Source of the DNA: Gnetum montanum
Lineage: Eukaryota; Plantae; Gnetophyta
NCBI GenBank assembly: GCA_015680685.1
Contig: MNCI01000690.1
Coordinates: 814,615-878,614, forward strand
DNA: 64,000 nt
Reading direction: 5' to 3'
The notes under the pieces are model-generated. The model was not told the origin of the DNA. It saw nothing but the letters and a program-made list of their open reading frames with translations, and made no database searches. The position numbers and the translations under genes were made by a program. Within the stretch, counting starts at the first letter, position 1. Each line of letters begins with the position of its first letter. Positions 24,175 through 37,663 of the stretch are shown piece by piece.

Positions 24175-27100
24175 ACTTAGCTAATGGTGTTCGGTGGGGG
24201 TTGAGGCTCTTCCTCCTCTTCCTCTACCACTTCGCTAGGCCTACAACATTGCTTGGTGCCTAGTCAAAGTAACACAAGATGGAAAATCAATTACCAAATG
24301 CACAATAGGAAAACCTAACATAAAAACATAAAATAACAAAAAAACATCTAACTTGAGAGGGTCCCGCATCTGTCTCTAGAGGCAATCTATCAAGGCCCTC
24401 CTCCAAGCATTGGAGGATTTTGGCCTCTAATAGTTGTGTCCAATCCTCCTAGCCAAAGTTAATACTTGCAAGGGTCCATGTAGGCGGATCCATTAAAAAC
24501 ATGATACAGGAAACCTCCCCTAAGGGCATAGTAATTTGCCTCTCTAGTGACCCACTCACCACTACATTATGAGCAAATAACTCATAAGCCCATGTCCTAC
24601 TAATTTCCTCAAGGAACATATCATGGCAATAGCATTCGACAAACTCCTCCTTATACCACTTAATATACATATTTTTCTCATTCTTATAGTGGTGCTTGTG
24701 GTTCTTCTAAGTCTGCTCCCACTATTACACCTTTGTGTTGTAATCTTTCCAATCTTGATTTTTTTGGGCAAGCAAATCCATCTACAATCTCTTCTCAATG
24801 ATCTCTCTTGTGGCCTCGTTCTTGCACTATATTGCTGACCAGTACCTGGCATAGTCAATCTTGGCTATCTACTAGGTACTATACCCTCATGCATGAGCTA
24901 CAAGGAAGTCATAACAAGACTAAAAGTCCCTCATCTTAGCATCTTGGCTTGTTTCCCTATCTTAGAGCTTGTGTAACTGCTTCCATAGGTACTCATTAGT
25001 GTGCCTGCAAATCCATAATACTTTTGCACTTGAAAGCATGCACTTACTTGTTGCCTTATACATGTAGTGGGGTATTTGGTCCACCTTAGGGGAAAACTTG
25101 AGGAAAACATCTACCAGGGCCACCTTTCTTGGATCCCAACTAAGCTTAGAACCTATTGGCATACAATAAGAAAAACTACATTAGCCACAGACTAAGCATC
25201 AAATAAGTAAAGCAAGATAAGCAAAGCAACGTCACATGCATGTCGAGCTTGGGATCCACCTACTATAGGTGGTCCACCATTTCCTCAACTAGGCCCTCCA
25301 TGAAGGTGAACTTGTTGGGCGCATCTACCCATGGCTCCATGTGGTAGGTAGAGGTTGATGCTAGACCATTGGTAGGTACCTCTACGTCTACAATACAATA
25401 ACATATTTAGCAACAATAAAATAGCCAAAGATGTAAGAGTAGAAAGAGAGCAATAACAGATGGCAATGCAAAGCATATACTTGTCAAATCTTCAGGTGTG
25501 AGACTAGGGGGATCACCCAGTGGTACACCATCAAACAGGCTTTCAAAATCACCCTCATTGGGATGAAGTAGTCTCTCCCCCTCTAACTATTAGAGGATCT
25601 TTGCAACCTCACATAACTCCTCCTCCTATGTTTTTCCTTCCTCAATTTGAGGAGAGACCTCCTCTGCTACTACTTTTGCTGCTACTCCAACAACCCTATC
25701 ACCTAATTTCAATAATTTACACACATCTCAAAGTTAGCATGTTAACACTTGGCATAACAACTTAGCACAATACAACATAGCATTAAAAACATAAAATCAT
25801 AAACACATAAAATGAAAAAAATGCATCCAATAACTTATACTAACCTACTACATCCATGTGAAAGTCATGACATTTCAAGCAGATCTTCTTGCCACTTACC
25901 TTTTGAACCTCTCGTGGAGGCTCCTCTATAGGACATAGCCTCTTAATCTTTGCCTTGGATGGTCCTACCATCTTGGTTATGTAACACTTTTTCCTGGCCG
26001 CATTCCTGGTACCAACTAGTGGGGGCTCACCTACACTATCATGCAAGTAGTGAGATCACCCTAAGGAACCTTTAGTCATTATAGAAAATGACTCACCAAT
26101 CACCTCTAGGGGATCTTGCACTCACATGGTAGCAAACAAGTTCTTGAACCATAGCCTCAAGAGTTATGTGCCATGTTGCACCACCCATCATCTATCCTTG
26201 CGAACCACTAAAAACTCTACAAATCTTCACAAGCATCCTACAAAGAAGGTGAAGTGCACATGCAACCTCACCTAGAGGTTGTAACAAAAATTGATGATCT
26301 CAACATGCAAACCATTGGCAAGTTGAGAGGCCTAGTTGTACCTTGTTCCCTCCTCTAGCACATCCCTCATCACTCAGCTAGGCCTAGTTGTACCCCAAGG
26401 ATTTTCTATTGGAAGAGTAGCTTCAGAAATGCATGGACATGGAAGAGAGGGTAAAGCTCACAGATCATAAGTGTCCACACATTCTTGATGAGTATGCCTT
26501 TGTGAGATCAAGAAGTACTTAGCCACTCCTTGATATCACTTCAGTGGTTCACCTCTCTATTGGTCTTACCAACAACCAATGGGCCATTAGAGGGAAGGCC
26601 AAAGGGGTCTACAAAGAAGTCATTAATAAGGTCCAAAACTACCCTCACATCACATACCTATGTGACAAAGTGATGAGCATTGTCACTGAAGGAATCAATA
26701 ATGGTGACCATTTTGGCCACTGATATGCCTAGGCTAAGGGCCAAGAAAAGGTCCATTAGCCTAGCCTATGTGAGCTTAGTGGTCAACTCCGCTAGGGCCT
26801 CATGACACAACCAATGCTACACATCCTCAACATTCCCATACTTCATAATGAGTGTGGCCTTAGTATGGCTTGTAGCTACTACTGTGACCACTCTCAAAGT
26901 GACTGCGATTGCAATATAGGCAAAGAAAATAATGTTAGCATCATGCAAAAAGGCAAGGTAGAAAACACACTAGAGCAAAGTGATAAACTACTTACATGGG
27001 ACAAAAGGTATGCACGATGGTGGTGGTGGAACTGATTCCTCCTCAATGCTAGGTACAACGTCCACCAATTCCACATAAGTTTTGCCATGGATCTAACACC

Positions 27101-27800
27101 TCTTGTAGGCCTTCAAATACTGATGAGGGTACTCCACCAAGTTGGACCCAATCTACCCAATCACCCCTACATAAACACTCTTGCAAGTTGAAAATTCTTA
27201 CAAGGTAGTGCAAGTTAGGTTCAGGGCCCCCTCCTCATCATGTAGGTCTTGCTCACCAATGCTAAACCTAGCAACAAACATGATCCATTAGCATCTTCTT
27301 ATGAGTTGATAGCCAAAGGAATAATGGAAAATCATAGGAACACCTATCCTCCTACATAGTACATTGTCCTAGGTGGATTCTAGAATAGGATATGTACATG
27401 TTGAGCAATAAAGAGAGTGTTGATCTTGCTATAGAAACTAAACTCTAGCATCTACCATATCCTAGACAAGGGCCTAATGCCCCTAATGCCTTGGCCTAAA
27501 CCTCCTACTCTACCATAATCAGTAGTGGGCTCATCAGACATGAACCTCAGAATACTCTAGTTTTCCCTAGGTAGCAATGTCTCCCTGATGACACCAGCAG
27601 CTTCCACCACTAACTATAAGCACATCATCACACTAAAGTATCGAAGTAGAAATTCCAAGAATTTGCATGCTCTTGGTCGGAACCATACTGCCTGATGACC
27701 CAACTATGTGTCTAGTGCAAGCATGTTTAGAATAGGCTTGCTCATACAACAGAGGATGCCAACGAGCTCTACCATGATGAGGATCAGCTTCAATAATACC
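24175..27800 (-). pseudogene. Antisense multi-exon accessory gene of element D (FCP1/NIF-like domain, central domain, coiled-coil), decayed; exon 1 probably further right (~29200)
   Basis: The exon after acceptor ttattgtag (27801) reads VLLKLILIMVELVGILCC...AVWFRPRACKFLEFLLRYFSV...NTLFIAQHVHILF*NPPRTMYYVGG. Further splice sites at 27268 (AG), 26995 (GT) and ~25845 (GT). SKLSWDP...NEYLWKQL matches F AHLRWDP...NEALWKNL. Confidence 0.75.
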
Positions 27801-30098
27801 CTACAATAACAAAAGAAACAAAAAAAAAGCATTAGCATACATCAAATGCACAAAAATACACTAACTTACACTTAACAAAATCAGAAAAGTTAACATAGGG
27901 TAGCGTAACTTAGCAAAAATATATTTCCTTAGGGTTCCTTGTGGGTCCTATGGGTATAGGACATCAATACATACATTTGATGCACCTAGTGCTCACTGTG
28001 GTACAGCACTAACGTAGCACTAGTATTTTGCTCTACACTCACATGTTGTGCATTATATCAGTTTGCATGTCTATCACGTTTGACACGTTTGATTTGCAAG
28101 TTTGGCATCTTAGCAAAGGTCTGGTACATTTAGCATTTTCTTTTACATGTTGGATTTTAACACTTTGCATTCACACACTTAGCATTTTCACATTTATCAT
28201 TTGTTTCTACACCTGGCATTTCATTTTTATGCTTAGCCAATTTTCAAATTTTTCCTAACTCTAGGTAGTGTAGCCTAGAGTACCCAAAAAAATTCTAACT
28301 CTAGGTTCCCTCTTGGGAGCATAACCCATGTAAATTTTGCAAAAAAAAAAAAATCTAAAATATGTAAAAATCAACAAAGAAAATGCTAACTACTATTGAG
28401 GAGCATAGCCTCAACAACATGCAAAAATCCAAGCAAAAAGAAACTATCATCCCAAACTCGTACACACCATGCATCATTTACTAGGTGTAGGCCATAGCCA
28501 CAACCCTTGTGGTCATCCCACTCACTTTGCAATGCTCTAGCTCTTTGCACCTCCTAACCCTTGTTGTGCCTCCATGCACCCTATCTCCCATTGCATTCCC
28601 ATGCATCCCTACCTCCTACAATACCTTGCCCTTACCTTACCCTTGCCTCACTAACCCATGTGCTACACTCACCTACATGCCTGCTAGAAATAAAATGTAG
28701 TGAAGGGTAAACCCTCTGTCACAAAACTCATCGTTGTTCCCTTAGCCTAGAATCCTTGTCTTGGCCTATGTGCCATGGCCATACAAAAAATTAGGGTTGC
28801 ACGCACGCCTATGCCCTTCCTAGCCTTGGCCACACCACTACAATGGCCATAGCCTCCATTAGATCCCATCATTCAAATCAAGAAAAAAATGGGAGACAAC
28901 AACTTGCTATCTTACTACACCACCATCGTTTGACCTACATCCAGAAATGAAAAAGGGGAGAGTAGAGGATTCCTAGAACCCCTTGATCTCAAGTTTTTGT
29001 TGCCCTATCCATGACCACAAAAACCTCATTTCATCCTCTCCCCTATCCTCCACATGATATGGCCCTCATAAATAATAAAAAACCTTCATTGCATTGTAGG
29101 AAGGCAAAACCCTTGAAATGTAGAATCTTAGGCCTGTGCATCATAGATAAAAAAGAAGAAAGAGAATCATCATTCCTACATGTGCCCTCTCTCTTCCTGG
29201 TTGTGGCAGTAATGCTAGCCATAGTGGAAATGGTCCCTACTATGGTAGGCTATCCCAAAACCTTAAACCCCCAAAGCAAGGCAAAAGGAGTGAAATCTAA
29301 AGAAAAGATTACATAAGGGTAGAGCATAGTAGGGTACCTAGTAGATGGTAGCTCTCTCCATTTCTCCACATATGGCTGGTGTAGATGTCATGATGCTTAC
29401 TCTCCCTCATTTATGTTGAAAAGTCTGGGGTGTTGACATTCACATCGGCACATCATTTCGACTATCATGCTATGACCATCACGCTCTAGGTGTTATGCTT
29501 TGATTGCTATGCTCTAGCTTCACTCCTTGCTCCAACTGTGCTATGCTCTATAACTTCTCATTTTCACTTTGGAGAATGATAGTTTGGCCTTGGTGAAATG
29601 CGCATATATACCCTCCTAGGGTAATTAAATGCGCTACCCACCAAGATAGTGTTCCACACATAGGTAAATTTTCCAATTTTTTCTTGATCATAGCTAGGGG
29701 CTAAGCATAATAAGGGGTGAGCATAGCAACCAAAGTTAGAAAAATTTCAAAATTTTTCTAGTGGTCCCTAGACTTAAAAAATTTTCTAAACTTTTTTGAC
29801 TACCCAGTGAACGTCTATCCTAAATTCATGTTCCAAGCACTCCTAGCCTTGCCTAAACTAATGTAGTTTACATAAACCATGGTTCACTATGACCTTAAAT
29901 TGGTAAATTCTGGTCTGCTATGACCTTAAAATAGCACCCCATGCCTTGTTGAGGCTTGAACTGGCCCACATACTTGCTTCCAAAACTCTTCATTTGCACA
30001 CTTAGGCAAATTTTCATTGCATTTCTTCCCTTATTTTTTGCATTTTGACTTCATCTAAGATAGGTGCGAATTGATGTTCTTTTTGGTTATTTTGTAGG

Positions 30099-33000
30099 AT
30101 ATTTGGTATGATTGCATCATGAGCACACAAGCATCTTAATTCACCTTTGGTCCTCACTGCGCCTCATGGTGACCTCACACGATACATCGATATTGAATGC
30201 CTAGACTTTGAGCCTATAGCCTATGATAAACACATAACATCTATAGAGGCACTACTAGATTAGATAGACCATCTAGTCAAAGCTCTAGACCTAGAGGGAG
30301 GTGACATCACTGAGGATTCCCTCATTGAAGTCCTTGTAGCAACATCCAGTTGTGAGGCAAAAACATTGAAACTTAGTTCTTTGTTAGAGAATCAACATGT
30401 CAAAAACATCACAAAAACACTAAACAAAAATATCAAGGTGTTTTCATGATCATACAAAGACATGCTAGGTCTAGATCCTCACATAGTACAACACAATATA
30501 ATCCTTGATCCTTGCATAAAACCAGTTAAGTAGAAATTCCACAAGGTCAGGCTTGAGATGGCATTGGTAGTCTACAATGAAATCACTAAGCTTTACAAAT
30601 CTAGTTTCATCTAGGAAGTTGACTACACAAACTAGGTCTCCAACATCATGGTTATACCTAGGGAAAATGGAAGCATACGCACTTGCATAGACTTCTGGGA
30701 CCTAAACAAGGTGACCATCAAAGATGACTTCCCATTGCCTAGTATTGATCAACTAGTTGATACTATGGCTAGTCATGCCTTGCTATCCTTTATGAATGGA
30801 TTCTGTGGTTACAACCAGATTTGGATCAACTTAGAACACCAACTGAGTACCACCTTCATGATCCCTTGGGGTATGTTTTGCTATACAATGATGCCTTTCA
30901 GACCAAAGAATTCATGAGCAACCTATCAACATGCTATGACATACATTTTTAGCAATTATTTGTTAAACTTTCTCAATGACTACATTGATGACATCGTAGT
31001 TAAGTCCAAAATGGCACATAATCATGCAGATGACTTAGACCATGTACTCAAATGTTGCTTTAGACATGACCTTAGGTTAAATCCTAAGAAGTATGTCTTC
31101 GGTTTCAAGATAGGTTGCATGCTAGGTTTCATAGTATTAGAAACAAGTATATGTGTAGACCTCCATATGTTTAAGGCCATCATCAACTTAGCACTGCTAG
31201 TTAACCTTAAGGAGCTACGTGGGTTACAAGGCAGACTACAATTCATTTGCAAGTTTATTGCACAGTTGACTGACAAGTTGTAGCCAATGCAACATCTACT
31301 CAAAAAGGGAGTCCACTTCAAGTGGATGGCTGAATGCCAAGAGGTGTTTGATAACCTTAAACAAGATCTGGCTCAACTTCCTATAGTCTACCCTCCATAA
31401 GGAGATAAACCATTCTACATCTACCTTGCAACCTATGATGTGTCCATTACTTCTTTGCTTTGGCAAAAGCAAGATGATGGCTCAGAGGTCCCTATATACT
31501 ACTTAAATCATGCATTAGTGGCCCATCAAGCAAAATACAATAATGATGTCGATAAGAACTACCTTGCCTTAGTCTTTGCACTAAAGAAGTGGAGGAACTA
31601 TCTTTTCTATTGCTAGGTAAACATCATTTGCAAAATCAATGTACTATAGGCAATCATCACAAATATTATGAAAGTAGTCAAATTACACATTGGAAATGAA
31701 TAACCACAACGTTTGACCTACACTACATAGCACAAGCATCAACTAAAGGTCAAGTAATAGTTGCACAACTTACGACTTTGCTAGTAAATGATCAAGCAAC
31801 AATAGATCTGAAATTTCTAGATGAGCATCTTAGTAGCATAAGCCAAGTGCCTATTAACTTTGAGACAATCTTACATTTCGATGATGCTTCAACCTCTCAA
31901 GGGGGTAGTGCTGATGCCGTAATCATGTTTTCCTCTAGGGAGATCTAACCCTTCACTTATCACTTTGCATTTTCTTGCACCAACAATGTAGCAGAGTATG
32001 AAGGTCTTCTTAAAGGCATCCTAGTAGTTCATGACCTAGGAGTTCAAAACCTAGTTATCTAGGGTAATTTGTAGTTAGACATTAACCAAGTTACAGAGGT
32101 TTACACTTGCAAAGCACAACACTTACAACCTTACTGCGACTTGGCAATGCACCTACTCAAACGATTTGCAACCGCAAATATCCAACACATTCTCCATAAC
32201 GAGAATGTTATTATCAATGCATTAGCCACACTAGCCCTAGGCATTGTAGCTAACATGTTTTATGCCTCACCCTCTTTAGTGATGGATTGCACCGAGCCTA
32301 TTACACAAACAACTAACATTGCATTTGTAGCCACAACAAGCACGACTCACGCATAAGAATGGTATGATGACATCAAGTCATACCTTCAACAGGGTGACCC
32401 TCCACAGTATTTGACCACTACACAAAAGGACACAGTGCAAAAATGGTCATGGTAATATGTCCTCATAGGTGATAACACATTATGTCATAGTTCCTATGAT
32501 GGCATACTACTAATCTATGTTAGCGATAATGAAGTGTAAATGATTATTGATCAAGTCCATGAAGGACTGTGCAGAGGTCACATAGCACCCATGGCAATGA
32601 CATTAAAAATTAGGCTCTTAGAATACTATTGGCCTTACATGGAGCACGATTGCATTTCCAAGGTCAAGATGTGTGACATGTATCAATGACATGAAAACTT
32701 CATGCATGTTCCACCCACTAAACTACATACCATGTAGATCACATGGCCATTCCAATGTTAGGGGTTAAATATCATAGGACCTATAATGCCTAAGTCCTCC
32801 ATAGGACATAGCTTCATCATAACTACAACTGAAAACTTTACCAAGTAGGTTGAAGCTATTTCCCTTAGGAACATAACATCACAATAGGTTTCCAAGTTCA
32901 TCCTTGACAACATAGTGACCTAATTTGATCTACCCATGACTATAGTCATAAACAAAAAGCCATAATTTAGCAGTGTAGAAACCAAATCCTTCTATGAACA

Positions 33001-33601
33001 CCTTGGCATTAAGCATTCCTATTCATCTCCATACTACTTGTAGGTAAATGGCCAAGTAGAGGCTATAAACAAAGTCATATTCAACCTTTTAAAGAATATT
33101 CTTAGCAGTAGTAAATAGAGATGGCACAAGCAACTAGTCTACACACTATGGACCTACCACACAACACACAGAATAGCAATAGGTAAGATGCCATATGGTC
33201 TTGTGTATGGGTCTGAAGTAATTTTTCTTCTTGAATTGTAGGTCCCATCACTCTGTGTGATCTTCTTGAGCTTCATCGATGAGGTTCAGAACAATGAGTT
33301 GAGAATCATTGACCTCGACTCTATACAGGAGGAGTGCATGCAAATTCTTGGCCACATCGAATGGTAACAAGAAAAGCAATAGTAAAAGCACCACCACAAT
33401 CAGCTTCAACACATGATCAAGAGAGGGGACTTGGTCCTCAAGGCCATTCGCAAACCCGTAGATAAATTCTCAGCCAATTAGGAAGGGCCTTTCTTGGTCA
33501 CCAAGGCTTATGACAATGGAGCATTCAAGCTTGTTGATCTAGATAGCCTTGAGTTTGCCAATCCAATCAACCATTCATACTTGAAGCTATACTATGCCTA
33601 G
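30099..33601 (+). pseudogene. pol: Pol pseudogene of element D (RT, RH, archaeal-type RH, integrase)
   Basis: CIDFWDLNK..DDFPLP, DYIDDIVVKS, LHFDDAS..CTNNVAEYEGLL (aRH), VHEGLCRGH, EGPFLVTK, NPINHSYLKLYYA*. Many stops and frameshifts. Confidence 0.9.
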
Positions 33602-33639
33602 TACATAGTGTCGCATCAACAATAAAGCAAGGTAAGCAT

Positions 33640-34060
33640 CCATCTGCTATGACATTAAATTGGCACAAATAGTTTGTTATGACTATAAACTGGTAGAGAG
33701 CATCCGCTAGGACATTAAATTGGCATAGAATGCCCTTGGGTTACGATGTTAAATTAGCATCCATAGCACACCTATCTGCTATGACATTGAACTAGAACAG
33801 CAAGTCTTTGGGCCATGATGCTAAAATTGGAATCCATAGCATAGTCTGCTATGACTATAAACTAGCATAGATCATTCTTGTGCCACAACGTTAAACTAGC
33901 ACAACATCCACCATCTGCTATGATGTTAAACTAGCACACAGTAGTCTGCTAGGACTATAACCTAGTGCATCATGATCTAACAGGACGTTAAACTAGGTTC
34001 ACGATCTTCTAGGACCTTAAATTAGCATAGCATGCGGTCTAATAGGACCTTAAACTAGGT
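33640..34060 (+). repeat. 3' UTR array of a ~23-bp motif TCYGCTAYGACRTTAAACTRGCA (about 14 copies) with variable short linkers
   Basis: Directly visible immediately after the pol stop codon. Confidence 0.85.
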
Positions 34061-35672
34061 TCATAATTCAATGCACATAGCTCAACATGCACAGTTCTAT
34101 GAACAAGTGAGTGCAAATACTTTCAATCCTCCATCATCTACCTACACCTTGTAGGTAGGGTGGGGTGGGGCATTGTAGTTCCTAAATGGAGTTCACATAG
34201 TCAAGAGAAAATCCTCTAGAACATTTGTAGTGTTACCACCCTTGGCATTTTTTTGATCCTTCGAAGATGCCCTGGAGCGTTTTGTTGACCTTCTAGAGCT
34301 ACCACCACCATTGCCAATAATACCACGCCCAGGTCACATTAATAGCATTGCTGGCCTTGGGTTTTTCATTATTGATTGTATCTTTCACCATTGGTACCAC
34401 CCATTGGAGTCCTAGTAGTACTGTGGCTCAGCCACTGTACTGCCATTCTCTAGCCCTTACCATTGCCTAGGCTTAGAAGTGCATCCAGTAGCTTCACTCC
34501 TTGCCATTTTGTTGGATTCCCAAGTTCTTGTCCTTAGTGTAGATTCTCAAGCACCTACACTACCATTGCCCTTAGTCACCTAATTAACCTCTTTGGGGGT
34601 GCTCTCTTTTGATGTGGCTACTGGAGCTTTTATAGCTTTCTAGCTTCAACACCTACACTAGCATTCTTTCTTTGGCACTGCAAGCTCTTGCAACTAGTCC
34701 AGCACTCATGGCACTTGTAGTACCCTCACACCTAGCAGTTTGCTCTTATCTTTCATGTTGTATGATTTTTTTCTTATCTCCTCTACATTGTGTTTGCAGG
34801 ATGAAACCCTAAAGGTAGTCATTCAGGGACGTGTTTCATTGTAGTAGGAAGTCACCACATTGTTCTAATGTGCTTGGTTGGGCTTGCCAAGCCACTTGAG
34901 AGTGCACATCACTATTACCCTGCTATAGCCTACTTGCATTCACCCCTTTGCCTTATATTTTCTCACTTTCCTTGCTAGCCTCTCTTATTCACATGACACC
35001 CTTCTTTCAATTGACCATAGAACCCATGATGGATGTAATGCAACTCATCCCATGAGGAGCCTCTGTTGGTTGGTCAAAGCCTAAGTAGATGTAACACAAC
35101 TCATCCCAGGAAGGAAATACCTATCCCACAGATGTGACATGATTGCCTCTAAATAGAACCCATTGAGTGGCACACAATCCACTCAATGATAAGCATCTTG
35201 TAGCTAGCATTTCACAAAAAAAGAAAAAAAGGAAAAGGGGATAAAACATGTCCCCAAGAAAAATCTCACAAAGCTGTAATTTTGCAATAGGCCCAACCCT
35301 AAATTTGCATTGGCCTTCTCATAAGCACTCCAATGAGAGGCCAATATGTCATGGGTAAACCATTCTGGTGCTATGGATGATGACTCTTTCACAAACATTT
35401 CGATGAGAGGCCATTGTTTGGCAACAAGCCACCTTGGTGCCTTGATCATGATCAACTATGTTGACTTCACATCGTGTAGCATGATAAATCACTTTCATCT
35501 CATTCCTCCCTTGCTATCTCAAGCTAATTTCCTACATCCATTACCTTTAGCACTCTCAAGTTCAATGAAGCACCCTCCAACTAGGTATCGACAAGAAATG
35601 TTGGTGTTGCACTTGCTGTGGTGTTGTAAGTTCTTTGTCAATGTATCTTGATCCACTCCTCTAGACATCAGC

Positions 35673-35681
35673 AAAGAGGGG
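35673..35681 (+). other. Polypurine tract of element D
   Basis: AAAGAGGGG-ccaa-TGAAACACC. Confidence 0.85.
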
Positions 35682-35685
35682 CCAA

Positions 35686-37345
35686 TGAAACACCACTAAA
35701 TTTTGGCAACATCACTTCAATGGAAAATTTGTCTAAGTGTTTGATCCATGCTTCCATTGCTAGGACTATGCTCTAGAGTGTAGTCAACGTAGCACATAGC
35801 ACAGAAATAGATTTGCAAAATTTTCCAAGTATTGATAGCAATTGCAAAAAATTTTCTAAGTGTTGTGTTATGCTTTCATTCTATCTATTATGCTCCAAAG
35901 CATAGCCAACATAGCATGTGCTTCAGTCACTAGTTTGCCTAAGTGTCAACCCAGAAGCTATTAAGCTAGCTCAATATGGAAGAGCATTTTGATATATTTT
36001 CTAACTTCTGAAGCTATCCCTTTTGCCATGCTTTAGAGCATAGATAGTGTAGCCTGGATGAAGACTAAATTTTTTTTTAATTTTTTCTAAGTGTTAATGC
36101 TACACTCTCACTCTTCCTACTATGCTCTAGAGCATAGCTAGTGTAGCCAGCATTGGACCTTAATTTTTGCAAAATTTGCCTAATTGTTGGGCTATGCTCT
36201 AGAGTGTAGTTGGCATAGCAATGCAGGGTAGCCCCCAAAAGCTTCCAAATCTTAGCACCAGCCTCCAATTCGACTCCAGCACTTCTCTAGCAAGCAATAT
36301 CAGCAATTTGTGTCTCTTTTGTATCCCCTATGTCCCAAGATTATACCTATGCTTGATCCCACTCAAAAGATGGGAGAGAATAGTCTCGGAGCTTAGCCTT
36401 CAAATTACACTATTTTGTGCTATTGTCAGGTACATTGTGATCGTTTTGACTCTAGCACATGTAGTCTTAGTAGCATAGTCACAATCTGGTAGTCTCTTAG
36501 GGTCCATTAGAACACACTAGAGCGTAGCAACATTTTGCTCCAGCAAAAGTATAGTTGGGATCAACATAGCCTCAACTACCCTTTACCACGTGGTGCTCAA
36601 TCTGCACTTCACATCAACCCTAACCCTATAAATATCCCTACATTTCACATTTTATGGATTGGAATTTTTGAAGGGTTGGCATTTTGAAATAGTTGGCTAG
36701 GAATTTCATTTTAGCAGTTGACACTTTTGCACTAGCACCCTCACACCTAAGCACCCTTAACACCTTAGCAAAAGCTTTGGGATACCTTTACACACCACAA
36801 CCCATAGGACACCATGGAAGCCAAGATGGTAGGCATAGACTTCATGATGAATGTTAGTTTCACAGCCTAGACATCCCAAAGACTATGGCTACACTCCCTA
36901 CTACACCTGTCTATACACTGCATGCCTTCTCACCTCTCTTCTACAATTGCTATGCTCCCCCTATTTAGGGTGCTGCCATTCTTCCTCTCTCAAACTTCAT
37001 TGCATTTTCAAGCATTTTCATTGGCATTTAGCATCACACTTGCATTTTTGCATTATTTTGCACGTATTTGCACATTTGCACTATTGTTTTCACACCAGAA
37101 AAACCTTGCTATGATCAAGCTTAGTTAGTCTTGGTACCATCGAAAACATTATATGAATCCTCTAGCACTGGTTTTTTGAAACACTCTATAAGTCCCTGTT
37201 CAAATGACAAGACCATCCTAGGTGCTCTACCTCCATTTGTCCCCTCCAACAACGACCCTTCAAGTGGGGGTGGGGCTAGGGTTGTACTGCAATTGCATAC
37301 CACTAGGAATGATCATTTTAGTCATTGACGTTTTCGACTACTACA
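35686..37345 (+). repeat. 3' LTR of element D
   Basis: TGAAACACCACTAAA...GACTACTACA; colinear with 17562-19252. Confidence 0.88.
36587..36634 (+). promoter_or_regulatory. LTR promoter core: G-box CACGTG, AACCCTAACCC and TATAAATA
   Basis: CACGTG at 36587-36592 and TATAAATA at 36627-36634. The same layout occurs at ~18494-18543 (5' LTR) and, reversed, at ~10208-10258 in LTR B. Confidence 0.6.
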
Positions 37346-37663
37346 TCATTTTACTCATTGAATGGAAAATGATCAAAACTCATCCCATCCCTCCATCCAC
37401 ACTAGAACTATTCTAGCTAGCATAGTCAAGGGGTGATGGTCATGTAAATACCCAAACATATATTCAAAATTGACAATTTTGAGCCAAAACCCTAGCCATC
37501 TACATGAGACACATTGAGCATCCAAGAACTTGATCAATTTAATACTACAATCCACTAAAAGACAAAACCCAAGTGCACCCGCAAGGAGGACCAAAGCCAT
37601 GCTAGCTAGTGTGGCTCTAGCATGGTTAGGAATTTAGATCAATTCTACCAACATGATAACATC

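Larger units (their letters stand above)
17562..37345 (+). mobile_element. Element D: full-length (~19.8 kb) decayed Tat-type Ty3/gypsy element with both LTRs
   Basis: LTRs 17562-19252 and 35686-37345, PBS-like site 19253-19278, gag-PR ~19890-23480, antisense gene, pol 30099-33601, PPT ~35673-35681. TSD not recognisable. Confidence 0.88.

Noticed and set aside
33300-33601. Chromodomain at the integrase C-terminus
   Set aside because: Pol ends shortly after the GPF/GPY motif in both D and E, with no chromodomain.
33640-34060. CRISPR-like layout (conserved repeat with variable spacers), also 3053-3436 and 14014-14466
   Set aside because: Linkers are only about 5-17 bp and irregular, the repeats are degenerate, there are no cas genes, and the context is a eukaryotic retrotransposon UTR.
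17557-37350. Target-site duplication for element D
   Set aside because: The flanks ATAAA and TCATT do not match; a TSD cannot be supported, and the 5' boundary may be off by a few bases.
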